NCBI RefSeq assembly: GCF_000023205.1
Contig: NC_012803.1
Span: forward strand, 2,280,001 to 2,312,000
Direction of reading: 5' to 3'
Length of the DNA stretch: 32,000 nucleotides
Source: Micrococcus luteus NCTC 2665
Lineage (GTDB): Bacteria; Actinomycetota; Actinomycetes; Actinomycetales; Micrococcaceae
This document shows, piece by piece, positions 31,345-32,000 of this stretch (positions are counted from its first letter, which is position 1; every line of letters begins with the position of its first letter). The translations under genes and the position numbers were made by a program. The notes under the pieces were generated by a model that saw only the letters and a list, made by a program, of their open reading frames with translations, was not told the DNA's origin and ran no database searches.

Positions 31345-31971
31345 TCAGCCGAGCAGCTCCTCGATCAGCGAGGACTCCTCCCGATGGAGGCGCGCCACGA
31401 ACGGCAGCAGCATGAGCACGCCGAACAGCGCACCGTCCCGTGTGGTGCCGGCGGCCTCGTGATCCACCTCGACGCGGGTCAGGGAGAACATCCCACCCGA
31501 GTGGAACCGGGCGACCCGCCGTGGCCGGCCGCCGTCCTCCCCCTGTGCCCGCACCTCCACGGAGCCGTCCCAGTCCGCGCGGGCCACCACGCGACGCCCC
31601 TGGACCGTCCCGTCGACGGCGAAGTAGAGCACGTTCTCGCCCCAGATCTCCTTGAGCTCGTCATGCACGGGCGCCGGTGGCTCCCCCTCGGCCGGTGCCG
31701 TGACGTCCGGTCGATGCGTCACGGCATAGGTCGGGCGCAGCAGGCGGCCCACCGCGCTGCGCCACGTGGCCCGGCGGATCCCCACCGTGGTGGCGGCACC
31801 GCCGATCGACTCCCAGCGGAACGTGCCGGTGCGTTCGCAGCCCGCCAGCTCCCCACGGACCACCCGGCCGACGAGCTCGCCGTCGTCGCGATGCACCGCG
31901 ACGGTCCGCATGCTGCGCCGGACGGTGTCCAGCGTCCCCTCCCGGAACCCGTACGTGCTGGTGCGCGTCAT
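31345..31971 (-). CDS. Hypothetical protein, no family recognised
   Basis: 208-aa ORF with a strong SD (ggagaggaggg) before ATG 31971 and coding-like third-position GC. It has one C-terminal hydrophobic segment (ALFGVLMLLPFVARL). Confidence 0.5.
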   Translation of the reverse strand: MTRTSTYGFREGTLDTVRRSMRTVAVHRDDGELVGRVVRGELAGCERTGTFRWESIGGAATTVGIRRATWRSAVGRLLRPTYAVTHRPDVTAPAEGEPPAPVHDELKEIWGENVLYFAVDGTVQGRRVVARADWDGSVEVRAQGEDGGRPRRVARFHSGGMFSLTRVEVDHEAAGTTRDGALFGVLMLLPFVARLHREESSLIEELLG

Positions 31972-32000
31972 GGCCCTCCTCTCCGCCCGCCGCGGTCCGG

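Overview
Very GC-rich (roughly 70%+ by eye) actinobacterial chromosomal window. The source is probably a Micrococcales-type genome; this is inferred from composition, gene content and promoter style, with no database search. I support 35 protein-coding genes, one of them truncated at the left edge. I saw no rRNA, tRNA or CRISPR. Content is mostly housekeeping or accessory metabolism:
- Edge of an isoprenoid/carotenoid locus (prenyl-diphosphate synthase fragment, idi).
- Thioredoxin, aroQ, rlmN and an isochorismate synthase.
- A csoR-copZ-copA copper module preceded by an LMW-phosphatase-like gene.
- A DUF779 / AcoR-like GAF regulator / aldehyde dehydrogenase / alcohol dehydrogenase cluster.
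- A TPP enzyme, a CGNR zinc-finger protein and ldh.
- Several membrane proteins (MATE, CPBP protease, SulP, DUF308-like).
- One complete IS481-family element.

Signals not explained by ordinary gene calls:
1. A dispersed 32-33 bp repeat with core CTTTCGTTCGGGAAACGG. There are 12 monomers at 4 loci. It occurs as tandem dimers or inverted dimer pairs at gene ends, and once as an in-frame 2-unit copy inside copA.
2. The IS481-family element is flanked by a CCTAGC duplication. It sits exactly on the -10 box of the leaderless ldh promoter, and the transposase stop codon lies in the duplicated target.
3. A TANNNT box lies 6-7 nt upstream of the start codon at 14 of 35 genes, which is the leaderless promoter arrangement.
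4. The aldehyde dehydrogenase promoter carries 11-bp-phased direct repeats and a palindrome over the -10. Next to it is a regulator that joins an AcoR-type GAF sensor to a SARP-like winged helix.

I found no recognisable defence, toxin or secretion system. The repeat family is my best candidate for something undescribed. All start codons and motif assignments come from reading the sequence and are unverified.
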